Positions 31,746 to 40,327 of a stretch of 64,000 nt of DNA are shown piece by piece. The translations under genes and the position numbers were made by a program. The DNA comes from an uncultured Clostridia bacterium (lineage in GTDB: Bacteria > Bacillota > Clostridia > TANB77 > CAG-508). The notes beneath the pieces were generated by a model that was given only the letters and a program-made list of their open reading frames with translations, made no database searches and was not told where the DNA came from. Every line of letters starts with the position of its first letter. Within the stretch, counting starts at the first letter, position 1. The stretch is from positions 5,043-69,042 of the forward strand of contig CAQUBD010000007.1 of assembly GCA_948891265.1 (NCBI GenBank). The letters are read 5' to 3'.

Positions 31746-32411
31746 TTATTCAATTCTGTATCCTAAGCCCCTAACAGTCTTAATAATATCTTCATTACCC
31801 AATTTTTCTCTTATTCTTTTAATATAAACTGTAAGTGTATTATCATTAACAAAATTACCAGCAATATCCCATATCTTATCTAGCAATACTTCTCTAGTAA
31901 TCAGCTTATTTTGGTTTAAAAATAGCATCAATAATATTTTATACTCTAAACTAGTAAACACTATTTCTTCATCATCTTTATATACTTTAGCCATATCAGT
32001 ATCTATTTTAATATTTTTATATTGAATTACATTAGATTTTTCAAAAGTTTTATCATATCTTCTTAGAACTGAATTTATTCTTGATATCAATTCTCTAGTT
32101 CTGAAAGGCTTAATAATATAATCATCAGCACCTAAATCTAAACCTATAACCACACTTGTTTCTTCATCTTGTGCAGTTAAAAATATTACTGGAATATCTA
32201 ACTTTTCTTTTACAATTTTGCAAATATCAAATCCATTTCCATCTGGTAATGTTACATCTAGTAATATTAAATCTACTGGATCTTTTGATATAATTTCTTG
32301 TGTTTCTTTTTTTGTTTTTGCTGATTTTACTTGAAATCCTTCTTGTTCTAATGAGTATTTTAGCCCCATTATTATTGTTTCATTATCTTCTACTAATAAT
32401 ATTTTTTTCAT
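31746..32411 (-). CDS. OmpR-family response regulator
   Basis: Receiver domain (ILLVEDNE, LILLDVTLPDGNG) plus a winged-helix C-terminus (TVRGLGYRI). Confidence 0.9.
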   Translation of the reverse strand: MKKILLVEDNETIIMGLKYSLEQEGFQVKSAKTKKETQEIISKDPVDLILLDVTLPDGNGFDICKIVKEKLDIPVIFLTAQDEETSVVIGLDLGADDYIIKPFRTRELISRINSVLRRYDKTFEKSNVIQYKNIKIDTDMAKVYKDDEEIVFTSLEYKILLMLFLNQNKLITREVLLDKIWDIAGNFVNDNTLTVYIKRIREKLGNEDIIKTVRGLGYRIE

Positions 32412-32508
32412 GTAATTTCCAAAATGTCTCCTTCCTTATCCACTAGGAATGTTTCCTGTTTAATGTTTACAGAATTTATTTCATAAATTCTCTATAAGAG
32501 TATCATTT

Positions 32509-32625
32509 AAGATGTGTCCCAAAATTTAATGTAAGTAGAATTTGTTTCACAAATTCTGCATAAGTCATCTGTAACAAGCAAAGCTTTAACAGCTGACTTA
32601 AAAGGAAACGTCCCTAATGGGACAT
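32509..32625. repeat. Mosaic intergenic repeat, locus 6 (opposite orientation to the other loci)
   Basis: aagatgtgtccc (32509-32520), tgcataagtcatctgtaac and acgtccctaatgggacat (32608-32625). Twin hairpins agaattt[ag]tttca[tc]aaattct. The last module provides the final codons and stop of the PBP ORF. Confidence 0.7.
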
Positions 32626-34647
32626 TATTGCCCTAATCTTCTTAATTAAGTAATGACTTCCACCATCTCTATTATTTTGAATATTTTCAACCATACTAAC
32701 AATTAGCATATCATTTCCAGAATTGGCATCTATTGTAAAACAGTTAAACCATCCTAAAGTTCCACTTTCTTTATCATTCATTGAGTTTTTTAATTCTGCT
32801 GTTCCTGTTTTTCCTGCAATTGTAAGTCCATTTATTTTCATGTCACTTGCTGTTCCTTCTGGGTTTTCTACTACTTGTATCATTGCATTTTTTACTGCAT
32901 TTGCTGCTTCTTGTGTAAATACATTTTGTTTTAATATTTCTCCTTTTGCATTTTCTTTATATTCAATATATGGTTTTATCATGTTTCCATTGTTTGCAAA
33001 TGCTGAGTATATTGATGCCATATGTATTGGGTTTACCAATATATCTCCTTGGCCATATCCTGAGTCTGCAAGTTTCTTTTCTGTTGCCATTGCTTTGTCT
33101 GAGTTTGAAGAATATTGTGATTTTTTTAATTGTAGTGGAAATTCTATTTGTTCATTAAATCCTATTTTGTCTAAGTTTTCACAAAATGTTTTTCTTCCAA
33201 TTTGCATTGCTGCTTGTGCAAAATAGATATTGTCTGAGTGTATTATTGCATTTTTCATGTTTTTTGTTCCATTATATGCTGTTAGTGTTGTTATATAGTC
33301 ACTTCCCCAGCTTTTGTCTTTTTGCCAGCTTAATCCTGAGTAATTAAATGTTGTGTCTTCTGATATTTTTCCTGTTGTTAATCCTATTCCTGCTGTTATT
33401 GTTTTAAATGTTGATCCTGGGCAATATGTTTGTGTAAATCTGTTGTATAATGGTTTGCTTTCATCATTATTTAATTGTTCCCATTGTGTATTTGTCAATC
33501 CTAAAACAAAGTCATTTGAATTATATGATGGTGTACTAACACATGCTAGTAATTCTCCTGTTTGTGGTTGCATTACAACAAACAATCCTTTGTCTTCTTT
33601 CATTTGATTATATAATTGTTTTTGTAAGTCACTGTTGATTGTTAATTTCACATCTGTTCCATCTTTTTTATCTTGTTTTGCTAATGTTTTTAGCCTATTT
33701 CCATTTTCATCTTCTATATATATTTCTTTCCCATCTATTCCTCTTAGTGTATCTTCATAACTAAGTTCTAATCCTGATTTTCCTATTAAGCTGTCAGAAT
33801 TATATCCTTTTCCTGCTTTTTGTTTTAATTCTTCTGCATTTATTGGTTGCACATATCCTATTAAATGTGCTGCTTCTTCTCCTAATGAATATACTCTTGC
33901 TTTTGTACTATTTATCATTATTCCTGAAATTTGTAATAATTTATCTTTTAATTCTGTATTATTACTTGATACTTTTTTTATTGGTACAAATGTGTCTTCT
34001 TTTACCCATGATGCTGAAAGTTGTGTTTTTATATATTCTTCTGAAACTCCTGTTAATTCTGATATTTTTGATATATTTTCTTGTTTATTTTCTCCTAGTT
34101 TTCCTGGTACAATTCCAACTGTTGATATATTTCCATTAAATGCTAGTGTTTCTCCATTTCTGTCTAATATTGCTCCTCTTTCAGATTTTATTGAAGATAT
34201 TCTGATTTTATCTGTATTTCTTAATTCTGGAAATATCATACTTGAAGACCAATTTATTTTATATTCTTTTTGTTCTTTTACTAATTTTGCAGTATTAGAA
34301 AAACTAATATCTCCAGCTGATGTTGACATTTTTTCATTGTATGAAATTTTTGTAATTCCTTTTTCTTTTTCTGTTTTTAAAATTTCTATTTGTATATTTA
34401 CTGCATCTATTCCTTCATATATATTTTTATTTCTTTTTATAAAATCTTCTTGTGATATTTCTGATTTTGCATTTTCAGAAAGTAAGTTATACATTTCTTC
34501 ATATTTTTGTTCATTTATTAGTGATATAAATGTTTCTAGTGTTTTTTCTGCTTTTGGTCCTTTTGTGTTTATTATTATGATTGTTGCAATTGTTGCTATT
34601 ACTATGATTGCTGATATTATACCAATTATAATTTTTTTATTTTTCAT
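32614..34647 (-). CDS. Class B penicillin-binding protein (PBP2a/MecA-like architecture)
   Basis: N-terminal anchor, NTF2-like N-domain and a transpeptidase with STFK (CPGSTFKT), SDN (HSDNIYF) and KTGT (AGKTGTA) motifs. Confidence 0.85.
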   Translation of the reverse strand: MKNKKIIIGIISAIIVIATIATIIIINTKGPKAEKTLETFISLINEQKYEEMYNLLSENAKSEISQEDFIKRNKNIYEGIDAVNIQIEILKTEKEKGITKISYNEKMSTSAGDISFSNTAKLVKEQKEYKINWSSSMIFPELRNTDKIRISSIKSERGAILDRNGETLAFNGNISTVGIVPGKLGENKQENISKISELTGVSEEYIKTQLSASWVKEDTFVPIKKVSSNNTELKDKLLQISGIMINSTKARVYSLGEEAAHLIGYVQPINAEELKQKAGKGYNSDSLIGKSGLELSYEDTLRGIDGKEIYIEDENGNRLKTLAKQDKKDGTDVKLTINSDLQKQLYNQMKEDKGLFVVMQPQTGELLACVSTPSYNSNDFVLGLTNTQWEQLNNDESKPLYNRFTQTYCPGSTFKTITAGIGLTTGKISEDTTFNYSGLSWQKDKSWGSDYITTLTAYNGTKNMKNAIIHSDNIYFAQAAMQIGRKTFCENLDKIGFNEQIEFPLQLKKSQYSSNSDKAMATEKKLADSGYGQGDILVNPIHMASIYSAFANNGNMIKPYIEYKENAKGEILKQNVFTQEAANAVKNAMIQVVENPEGTASDMKINGLTIAGKTGTAELKNSMNDKESGTLGWFNCFTIDANSGNDMLIVSMVENIQNNRDGGSHYLIKKIRAIMSH

Positions 34648-34681
34648 TTCTTATCTCCCCTTTTAAATAAAGTATTTTTTA

Positions 34682-35602
34682 CTACTTTTCTATAAATTTT
34701 AAAATGTCTTCATAAACTTCGTCTTTGTTCTTTTCATTCAAAATTTCATGTCTTAAATTATCATATAATCTGTTAGTTATATTTGAATATCCTAACTTTT
34801 TTAAAAATTCTTGACTTTCTAACCATTTTTCTTTATTTATTATTACTGGATCATCACTTCCTGCTATAAAAAATATAGGTATTTGCTTATTATCTAATTT
34901 CCATCCTTTAGTTGTATATATGTCCCCCATTAGTTTAAATAGATTTTCAAAACCATTTGTAGTAAAAATAAATCCACATAATTCGTCTTTATCATATTTT
35001 TCTATTGACTCTTCATTTGCACATACCCATGCATTGGATGATTTTGTGTTTTGCAAGTTTTTATTGTAGTTTCCAAATGCTAGCTTTTGAATAAATTTAC
35101 TTCTATATTTTTCTCCTTTGATAATTTTAATTATCTGACTGATTTTTACAGCAATTTTGCTTAATGGATTTTTACTTGGTGAACCACAAACAATTAGTTT
35201 GTCGATGTCTTTATCATATTTCTTTAAATATTTTCTAACTACCATTGATCCCATACTATGTCCAAATAAAGTGATTTTCTTATTTGGATATTTTTCTTTA
35301 ATGTATTGTGTTATTTGGTGCAAGTCTTCTACTATATATTCAGCTTTGTTGTCATAGAAATATCCTAAGTCTTGTTTTTCTTTTATACTTTCTCCATGTC
35401 CCCTATGGTCGTTTATTATTGTGATATATCCTTTGTTTGTTAAAAATTCCATGAAGTTGTAATATCTTTCTTTGTGTTCTGCCATCCCATGTGATATTTG
35501 GAATATTCCTTTTATTTGTGTCTCTTTTTCTGGTGTGTTTATAGTTATGCTTATTGGTAAGTTGTCGCATTTAGAGTTTATTTTTATTTTTTCTTGTTTC
35601 AT
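34682..35602 (-). CDS. Alpha/beta hydrolase (lysophospholipase/monoacylglycerol lipase-like)
   Basis: HGMAEH, nucleophile elbow GHSMGS, and a C-terminal HE pair (NLRHEILNE). Confidence 0.8.
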   Translation of the reverse strand: MKQEKIKINSKCDNLPISITINTPEKETQIKGIFQISHGMAEHKERYYNFMEFLTNKGYITIINDHRGHGESIKEKQDLGYFYDNKAEYIVEDLHQITQYIKEKYPNKKITLFGHSMGSMVVRKYLKKYDKDIDKLIVCGSPSKNPLSKIAVKISQIIKIIKGEKYRSKFIQKLAFGNYNKNLQNTKSSNAWVCANEESIEKYDKDELCGFIFTTNGFENLFKLMGDIYTTKGWKLDNKQIPIFFIAGSDDPVIINKEKWLESQEFLKKLGYSNITNRLYDNLRHEILNEKNKDEVYEDILKFIEK

Positions 35603-35927
35603 TAATAAATTCTCCTTTTTTGTTTATTAAAAGTCTATCATTTCTTGTGTGTGTTGTCAATTTTGTTATGTAAAAAAGTACCTATCTTTCAGGTACTCTT
35701 ATATAGTCAAATTTTTAATTTTTGGGTTTTTGTTAATTTTGATTTAATTTGATTTCAAATTTTGAAATAATAAAATTCCGATTAAAATTATCATTATAGA
35801 ATTTAAAATTAAAGCCACTAAAATATTGACTAAATAGAATCATCTATTTATATCATATTTAGTAGCTTTCTGTAAACTATTTTTATTAACTTTCCATCGC
35901 AAATTTCGACAAAATCGTGAGACAAAT

Positions 35928-36242
35928 TTACACTGTCCCTAATGTCTCAATCAATTCTTGTTTGTCTCTAACTCCAACAAATCTTTTTGTTTCTTCTCCA
36001 TTTTTAAAGATAACTATTGTTGGTATGCTCATAATATTGTATTTCATTGCTAAATCTTGATTTTCATCTACATTGATTTTTCCTACTTTAGCTTTTCCTT
36101 CTAGTTCATTTGCAATTTCTTCAACGATTGGTGCCATCATTTTACAAGGTCCACACCAGTCAGCATAAAAGTCTACTAATACTGGTTGTTCTGAGTTTAT
36201 AACTTCTTTTTCAAAGTTATTTGAATCTAATTTTAATTCCAT
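35928..36242 (-). CDS. trxA: Thioredoxin
   Basis: 104 aa with WCGPCK active site. Confidence 0.9.
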   Translation of the reverse strand: MELKLDSNNFEKEVINSEQPVLVDFYADWCGPCKMMAPIVEEIANELEGKAKVGKINVDENQDLAMKYNIMSIPTIVIFKNGEETKRFVGVRDKQELIETLGTV

Positions 36243-36284
36243 AATTTTTCCTCCTAATTTTTTATTTTTAATTTATATAAAATT

Positions 36285-37172
36285 TTATAAATTACTTTTA
36301 CTTTCTAGTTTTAAATATCTGATAACTTGTAATCCTGCTTTTGTTCCTTCATATACTGCTTTTGATATTTGATATAATCCACCTGTACAGTCTCCACAGG
36401 CATATAGTCCTTTTACTGTTGTTTCCATATTTTCATTTACTAGTATTTTATCATTTTCAATTTTAGCTCCTATCTTTTTTGCAAATTCTGTGCTTCCTGC
36501 AACTCCTTGGGCTATGAATATTCCATCAACATTTATATTGCTATTGTCTTTGAATTCAACTTTTTCTATTTTGTTTTCTCCACTTAAAGTTTTTATTTCT
36601 TTATCTATTATATCAAATTCTTCGTCTCTATATTCATGTATTTCTTGTCCATTTGTCAATATTTTTATTGTTTTTACTATATTTTTTAATTCTGAAGCTT
36701 CTGATATCGCATAATCTCCATTTCCTATTATTGCTACATCTTTGTTTCTGTAGAAAAATCCGTCACATATTGCACAATAGCTTATTCCTTTTCCTTCATA
36801 TTCGTCTATTTTTTCTATATTAGGTTTGTTCTTTTTGTTTCCTGTTGCTAATATTACTGATTTTCCCATGAATTCATTGTTTAGTGTTTGAACTTTAAAT
36901 ACTTGCCCTGTTTCTATTATATCTATTTGTATGTTTGTAACTTCGTCTTCTAAAATTTCTGTTCCTAGATTCTTTGCTTGTTCTATTCCTGTTTTATATA
37001 ATTTTTCTCCATCTATTCCTTTTTCAAATCCATAATAGTTTTCTATTGTTGTAGCTTTTTCTAATGCTGATTTTTCTTTATATATTATTAGTGTTTTTAA
37101 GTTACTTCTGACTGTATATAAACTTGCTGATATTCCTGCAGGTCCTGCCCCTACTATTATTACATCGTACAT
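36285..37172 (-). CDS. trxB: Thioredoxin-disulfide reductase
   Basis: GAGPAG FAD motif and CAICDG redox cysteines. Adjacent to trxA. Confidence 0.9.
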   Translation of the reverse strand: MYDVIIVGAGPAGISASLYTVRSNLKTLIIYKEKSALEKATTIENYYGFEKGIDGEKLYKTGIEQAKNLGTEILEDEVTNIQIDIIETGQVFKVQTLNNEFMGKSVILATGNKKNKPNIEKIDEYEGKGISYCAICDGFFYRNKDVAIIGNGDYAISEASELKNIVKTIKILTNGQEIHEYRDEEFDIIDKEIKTLSGENKIEKVEFKDNSNINVDGIFIAQGVAGSTEFAKKIGAKIENDKILVNENMETTVKGLYACGDCTGGLYQISKAVYEGTKAGLQVIRYLKLESKSNL

Positions 37173-37196
37173 GCATATTCCTCCAATTGCTATATT

Positions 37197-37544
37197 TTAA
37201 ATAATTTTTGGTATAAAAATTATTAATCCTATTATTGCAGCTGATATTGCTGATACTAATACCGCTCCTGCTGCTGTGTCTTTTGCTATTTTTGCTTTTG
37301 GATCTTTTTCTTGTGTTATTAAGTCTATTGTGTTTTCTATTGCTGTATTTACTAGTTCTAATGATATTACAAGTCCAAATAGAATAGTACATATTATCCA
37401 TTCTATTTTGCTTATTTTTAGTACTATTCCCATTATTATTACTAATATCATTATACTTATATGTATTTTCATATTTCGTTCTTTATTTATTGCTGTAATT
37501 ATTCCTTCTATTGCATATTTAAAGCTTTTTATTGTTTTCTTCAT
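37197..37544 (-). CDS. dgkA: Diacylglycerol/undecaprenol kinase family protein
   Basis: SFKYAIEGI, three TM helices and ELVNTAIE motif. AGGTGA RBS before ATG 37544. Confidence 0.8.
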   Translation of the reverse strand: MKKTIKSFKYAIEGIITAINKERNMKIHISIMILVIIMGIVLKISKIEWIICTILFGLVISLELVNTAIENTIDLITQEKDPKAKIAKDTAAGAVLVSAISAAIIGLIIFIPKII

Positions 37545-37669
37545 TTTAATCACCTAATTTATTTATATACTTTAATTTATTATATATTATAACTTTTTGG
37601 ATAAACTGTAATTTCAAAAGAACTAAACTTAAATATAATTTTTTAAGTTTAAATATTTCCTCTCTGACA

Positions 37670-38344
37670 TTAAATTACATACAATAATACACAGAAAAAT
37701 TGTAATATACTTCCTAATAAAATAAATAAATGAAATATTGAATGCATGTATTTTTTCTTTTTTCCAACTCCATATAATATAGCTCCAATAGTATATGCAA
37801 CTCCACCTGCAACTAATAATATAACTCCTGTCATTCCTAGTAATTTAGGTAATAGACCAACTGTAAAAATAATGCACCATCCCATTGCTAAATAACATAT
37901 CATTGAAAATACTTTATATTTTTTTATATCTATAGAATTTAATACTACTCCTAAAACTGCCATAGCCCATATAGTTCCAAAAATTGTCCATCCTAATACT
38001 GAATTGTATTCTCTAAATGTTACTAAACAAAATGGTGTATATGACCCTGCTATTAACAAAAATATTGAACAGTGATCTAATATTTGAAATACTTTTTTAG
38101 CCTTACCTTGTGGTCTTAGTCCATGATATATACTAGACATTGTATACAATAATATCATTGATACTCCATATATTATAGAGCCTATTACTGCATACCCATT
38201 TTTATGTATTGCTGAAAATACAATACATAATATTAAAACAACTACTCCAAACGCTCCTCCTACTATATGTGAAACCATATTAAAGATTTCTTCTCCTTTT
38301 GTATATATTGGTAATATCCTATCTTTTAATTTTGTTCTTGTCAT
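37670..38344 (-). CDS. Hemolysin III / PAQR-family membrane protein
   Basis: Seven TM. Motifs NMVSHIVGG, SSIYH, DHCSIF and HSIFHLF. Confidence 0.85.
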   Translation of the reverse strand: MTRTKLKDRILPIYTKGEEIFNMVSHIVGGAFGVVVLILCIVFSAIHKNGYAVIGSIIYGVSMILLYTMSSIYHGLRPQGKAKKVFQILDHCSIFLLIAGSYTPFCLVTFREYNSVLGWTIFGTIWAMAVLGVVLNSIDIKKYKVFSMICYLAMGWCIIFTVGLLPKLLGMTGVILLVAGGVAYTIGAILYGVGKKKKYMHSIFHLFILLGSILQFFCVLLYVI

Positions 38345-38443
38345 TTTTCCTCCTTAAAATCCATTTCTACTTATATATTTTTAAATTACTTTTTTATTAT
38401 ACCATAAAAAAACAATTTAAAAACCTTTTTATAGAAATTGCTT

Positions 38444-38650
38444 AAAAATTAGTTTGGTCATATAGACCATATACTTTTTGATTTTAACTTTAATAAATAT
38501 AATTAATATACAGCTGACGCTTGATTGGAATGAGATTTAGAATTTGTTTTTGCTATAAAATGAGGAATGCTCAGGGAAAAAGTTTATTATATTTATTAAA
38601 TAAGGAATCACTTTAAAACGATTCTGGTCTATATGACCAAATTAATTTTT
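38444..38650. repeat. 207-bp unit bounded by 26-bp near-perfect inverted repeats (MITE-like or structured RNA)
   Basis: aaaaattagtttggtcatatagacca (38444-38469) against the reverse complement of tggtctatatgaccaaattaattttt (38625-38650): 25 of 26 match. Confidence 0.6.
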
Positions 38651-38770
38651 AATAATTCTTCATAAACCTTTTTTACTAATTTTCAAAAACACTTCCTATT
38701 TTCTACAAAATGTGATAGAATACATCTAAACAAAAAATAAAATCAAAAGATGAATTAGGAGGATTTAATT

Positions 38771-39010
38771 ATGGAATTTAACAAATGTAGTAGATGTGGG
38801 AACTTTTTTGTATCAAATGATGATGTATGTCCAAAATGCAAAACTAAGGATACTCTAGAATTTGAAACATTCAAAACATATATAGCAGAAAATGGTATAA
38901 CTAATAATTTAGATGTTTTATCTAGTGAAACTGGAATAAGTGTAAAAAATATAAATAGATTTTTAGATTATACAGGTAATAATTTGAGAGACAAAACTAT
39001 AAAATTATAG
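38771..39010 (+). CDS. Small zinc-ribbon plus HTH-like protein (YvyF-like)
   Basis: CSRCGNFF...CPKCK zinc ribbon followed by a short helical domain. GGAGG RBS. Confidence 0.4.
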   Translation: MEFNKCSRCGNFFVSNDDVCPKCKTKDTLEFETFKTYIAENGITNNLDVLSSETGISVKNINRFLDYTGNNLRDKTIKL

Positions 39011-39065
39011 CTTCTATATTAATTATTAATTTCAGATATTTATTTTTAGAAAGGATGTAATATAA

Positions 39066-40280
39066 ATGACAAACGTATTTGATATTTTAGAAGAAAGAGG
39101 ATATATTGAGCAAATGACTCATCCAAAAGAAATAAAAGAACTTTTTGGAAAGGAATGTGTTCCTTTTTATATAGGAATAGACCCTACTGCAAACAGTTTG
39201 CATGTTGGTCACTTTGTTTCTTTAATGGTTGCAAGTCATATGCAAAAATGTGGTCATAAACCAATTATCTTAGTTGGTGGAGGTACTGCTATAATTGGAG
39301 ACCCTTCTGGTAAAACAGATATGAGAAAAATGCTTTCAAGAGAAGAAATTAGCGAAAATGTCACATGCATAAAAAAACAGATTGAAAAATTTGTAAGCTT
39401 TGAAGGAGAAAATGCTGCTATTATAGTTAATAATGCTGACTGGCTTTCAGATATAAAGTTTGTTGATTTTATGAGAGAAATAGGTAGCCTTTTCTCTGTT
39501 AATAAAATGCTTGCTGCAGAATGCTATAAGCAAAGATTAGAAACTGGTCTAACTTTTTTTGAAATGAGTTATATGCTTATGCAGTCTTATGACTTTTTAC
39601 ATTTATATGAAACATATGGATGTAAATTAGAAATGGGAGGAAACGACCAATGGTCTAATATTATTGGCGGTGTTGATTTAATAAGAAAAATTGGTAAAGA
39701 TGATTCTTTTGGTTTAACATTTAAACTTCTTACTACTAAAGAAGGTAAAAAAATGGGTAAAACTGAAAAAGGTGCTTTATGGTTAGATGCTGAAAAAACT
39801 TCTCCATATGAATTTTATCAATATTGGAGAAATGTTGAGGATGATAGTGTCGAAAATGTTTTAAAATTATTAACATTTTTACCTATGGAAAAAATAAAAG
39901 AGTTATCTGCTTTAAAAGATGAACGTATAAATGAGGCTAAAAAAATTGCTGCATTTGAAATTACTAAATTAGTTCATGGTGAAGAAGAAGCAAAAAAAGC
40001 TGAGGAAGCTTCTAATGCCCTATTCTCGGGAAAAGGTAATTTAGATAATATACCTACTGTTGATTTAAATGGAAATAAAAATATTTCTATTGTTGATGCT
40101 ATTATTTTAACAGGTATCGCTCCTTCTAAAGGACAAGCTAGAACTTTAATTAATCAAGGTGGTATTTCTCTAAATGATGAAAAAATTAGTGATATTAATT
40201 ATGTTCTTTCTGATAAAGATTTTACTAATGGCTATGCTATCTTGAAAAAAGGTAAAAAAATATTTTATAAATTAGTTTAA
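39066..40280 (+). CDS. tyrS: Tyrosine--tRNA ligase
   Basis: HVGH (SLHVGHF), KMGKT (KMSKS) and a C-terminal S4-like domain. Confidence 0.95.
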   Translation: MTNVFDILEERGYIEQMTHPKEIKELFGKECVPFYIGIDPTANSLHVGHFVSLMVASHMQKCGHKPIILVGGGTAIIGDPSGKTDMRKMLSREEISENVTCIKKQIEKFVSFEGENAAIIVNNADWLSDIKFVDFMREIGSLFSVNKMLAAECYKQRLETGLTFFEMSYMLMQSYDFLHLYETYGCKLEMGGNDQWSNIIGGVDLIRKIGKDDSFGLTFKLLTTKEGKKMGKTEKGALWLDAEKTSPYEFYQYWRNVEDDSVENVLKLLTFLPMEKIKELSALKDERINEAKKIAAFEITKLVHGEEEAKKAEEASNALFSGKGNLDNIPTVDLNGNKNISIVDAIILTGIAPSKGQARTLINQGGISLNDEKISDINYVLSDKDFTNGYAILKKGKKIFYKLV

Positions 40281-40288
40281 GAACATTT

Positions 40289-40322
40289 AAGAAGGCTTTG
40301 GTTATTCCAAAGCCTTCTTTCT
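40289..40322. terminator. Bidirectional terminator between tyrS and the UPF0182 gene
   Basis: Stem aagaaggctttgg / ccaaagccttctt. Confidence 0.7.
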
Positions 40323-40327
40323 TACTT

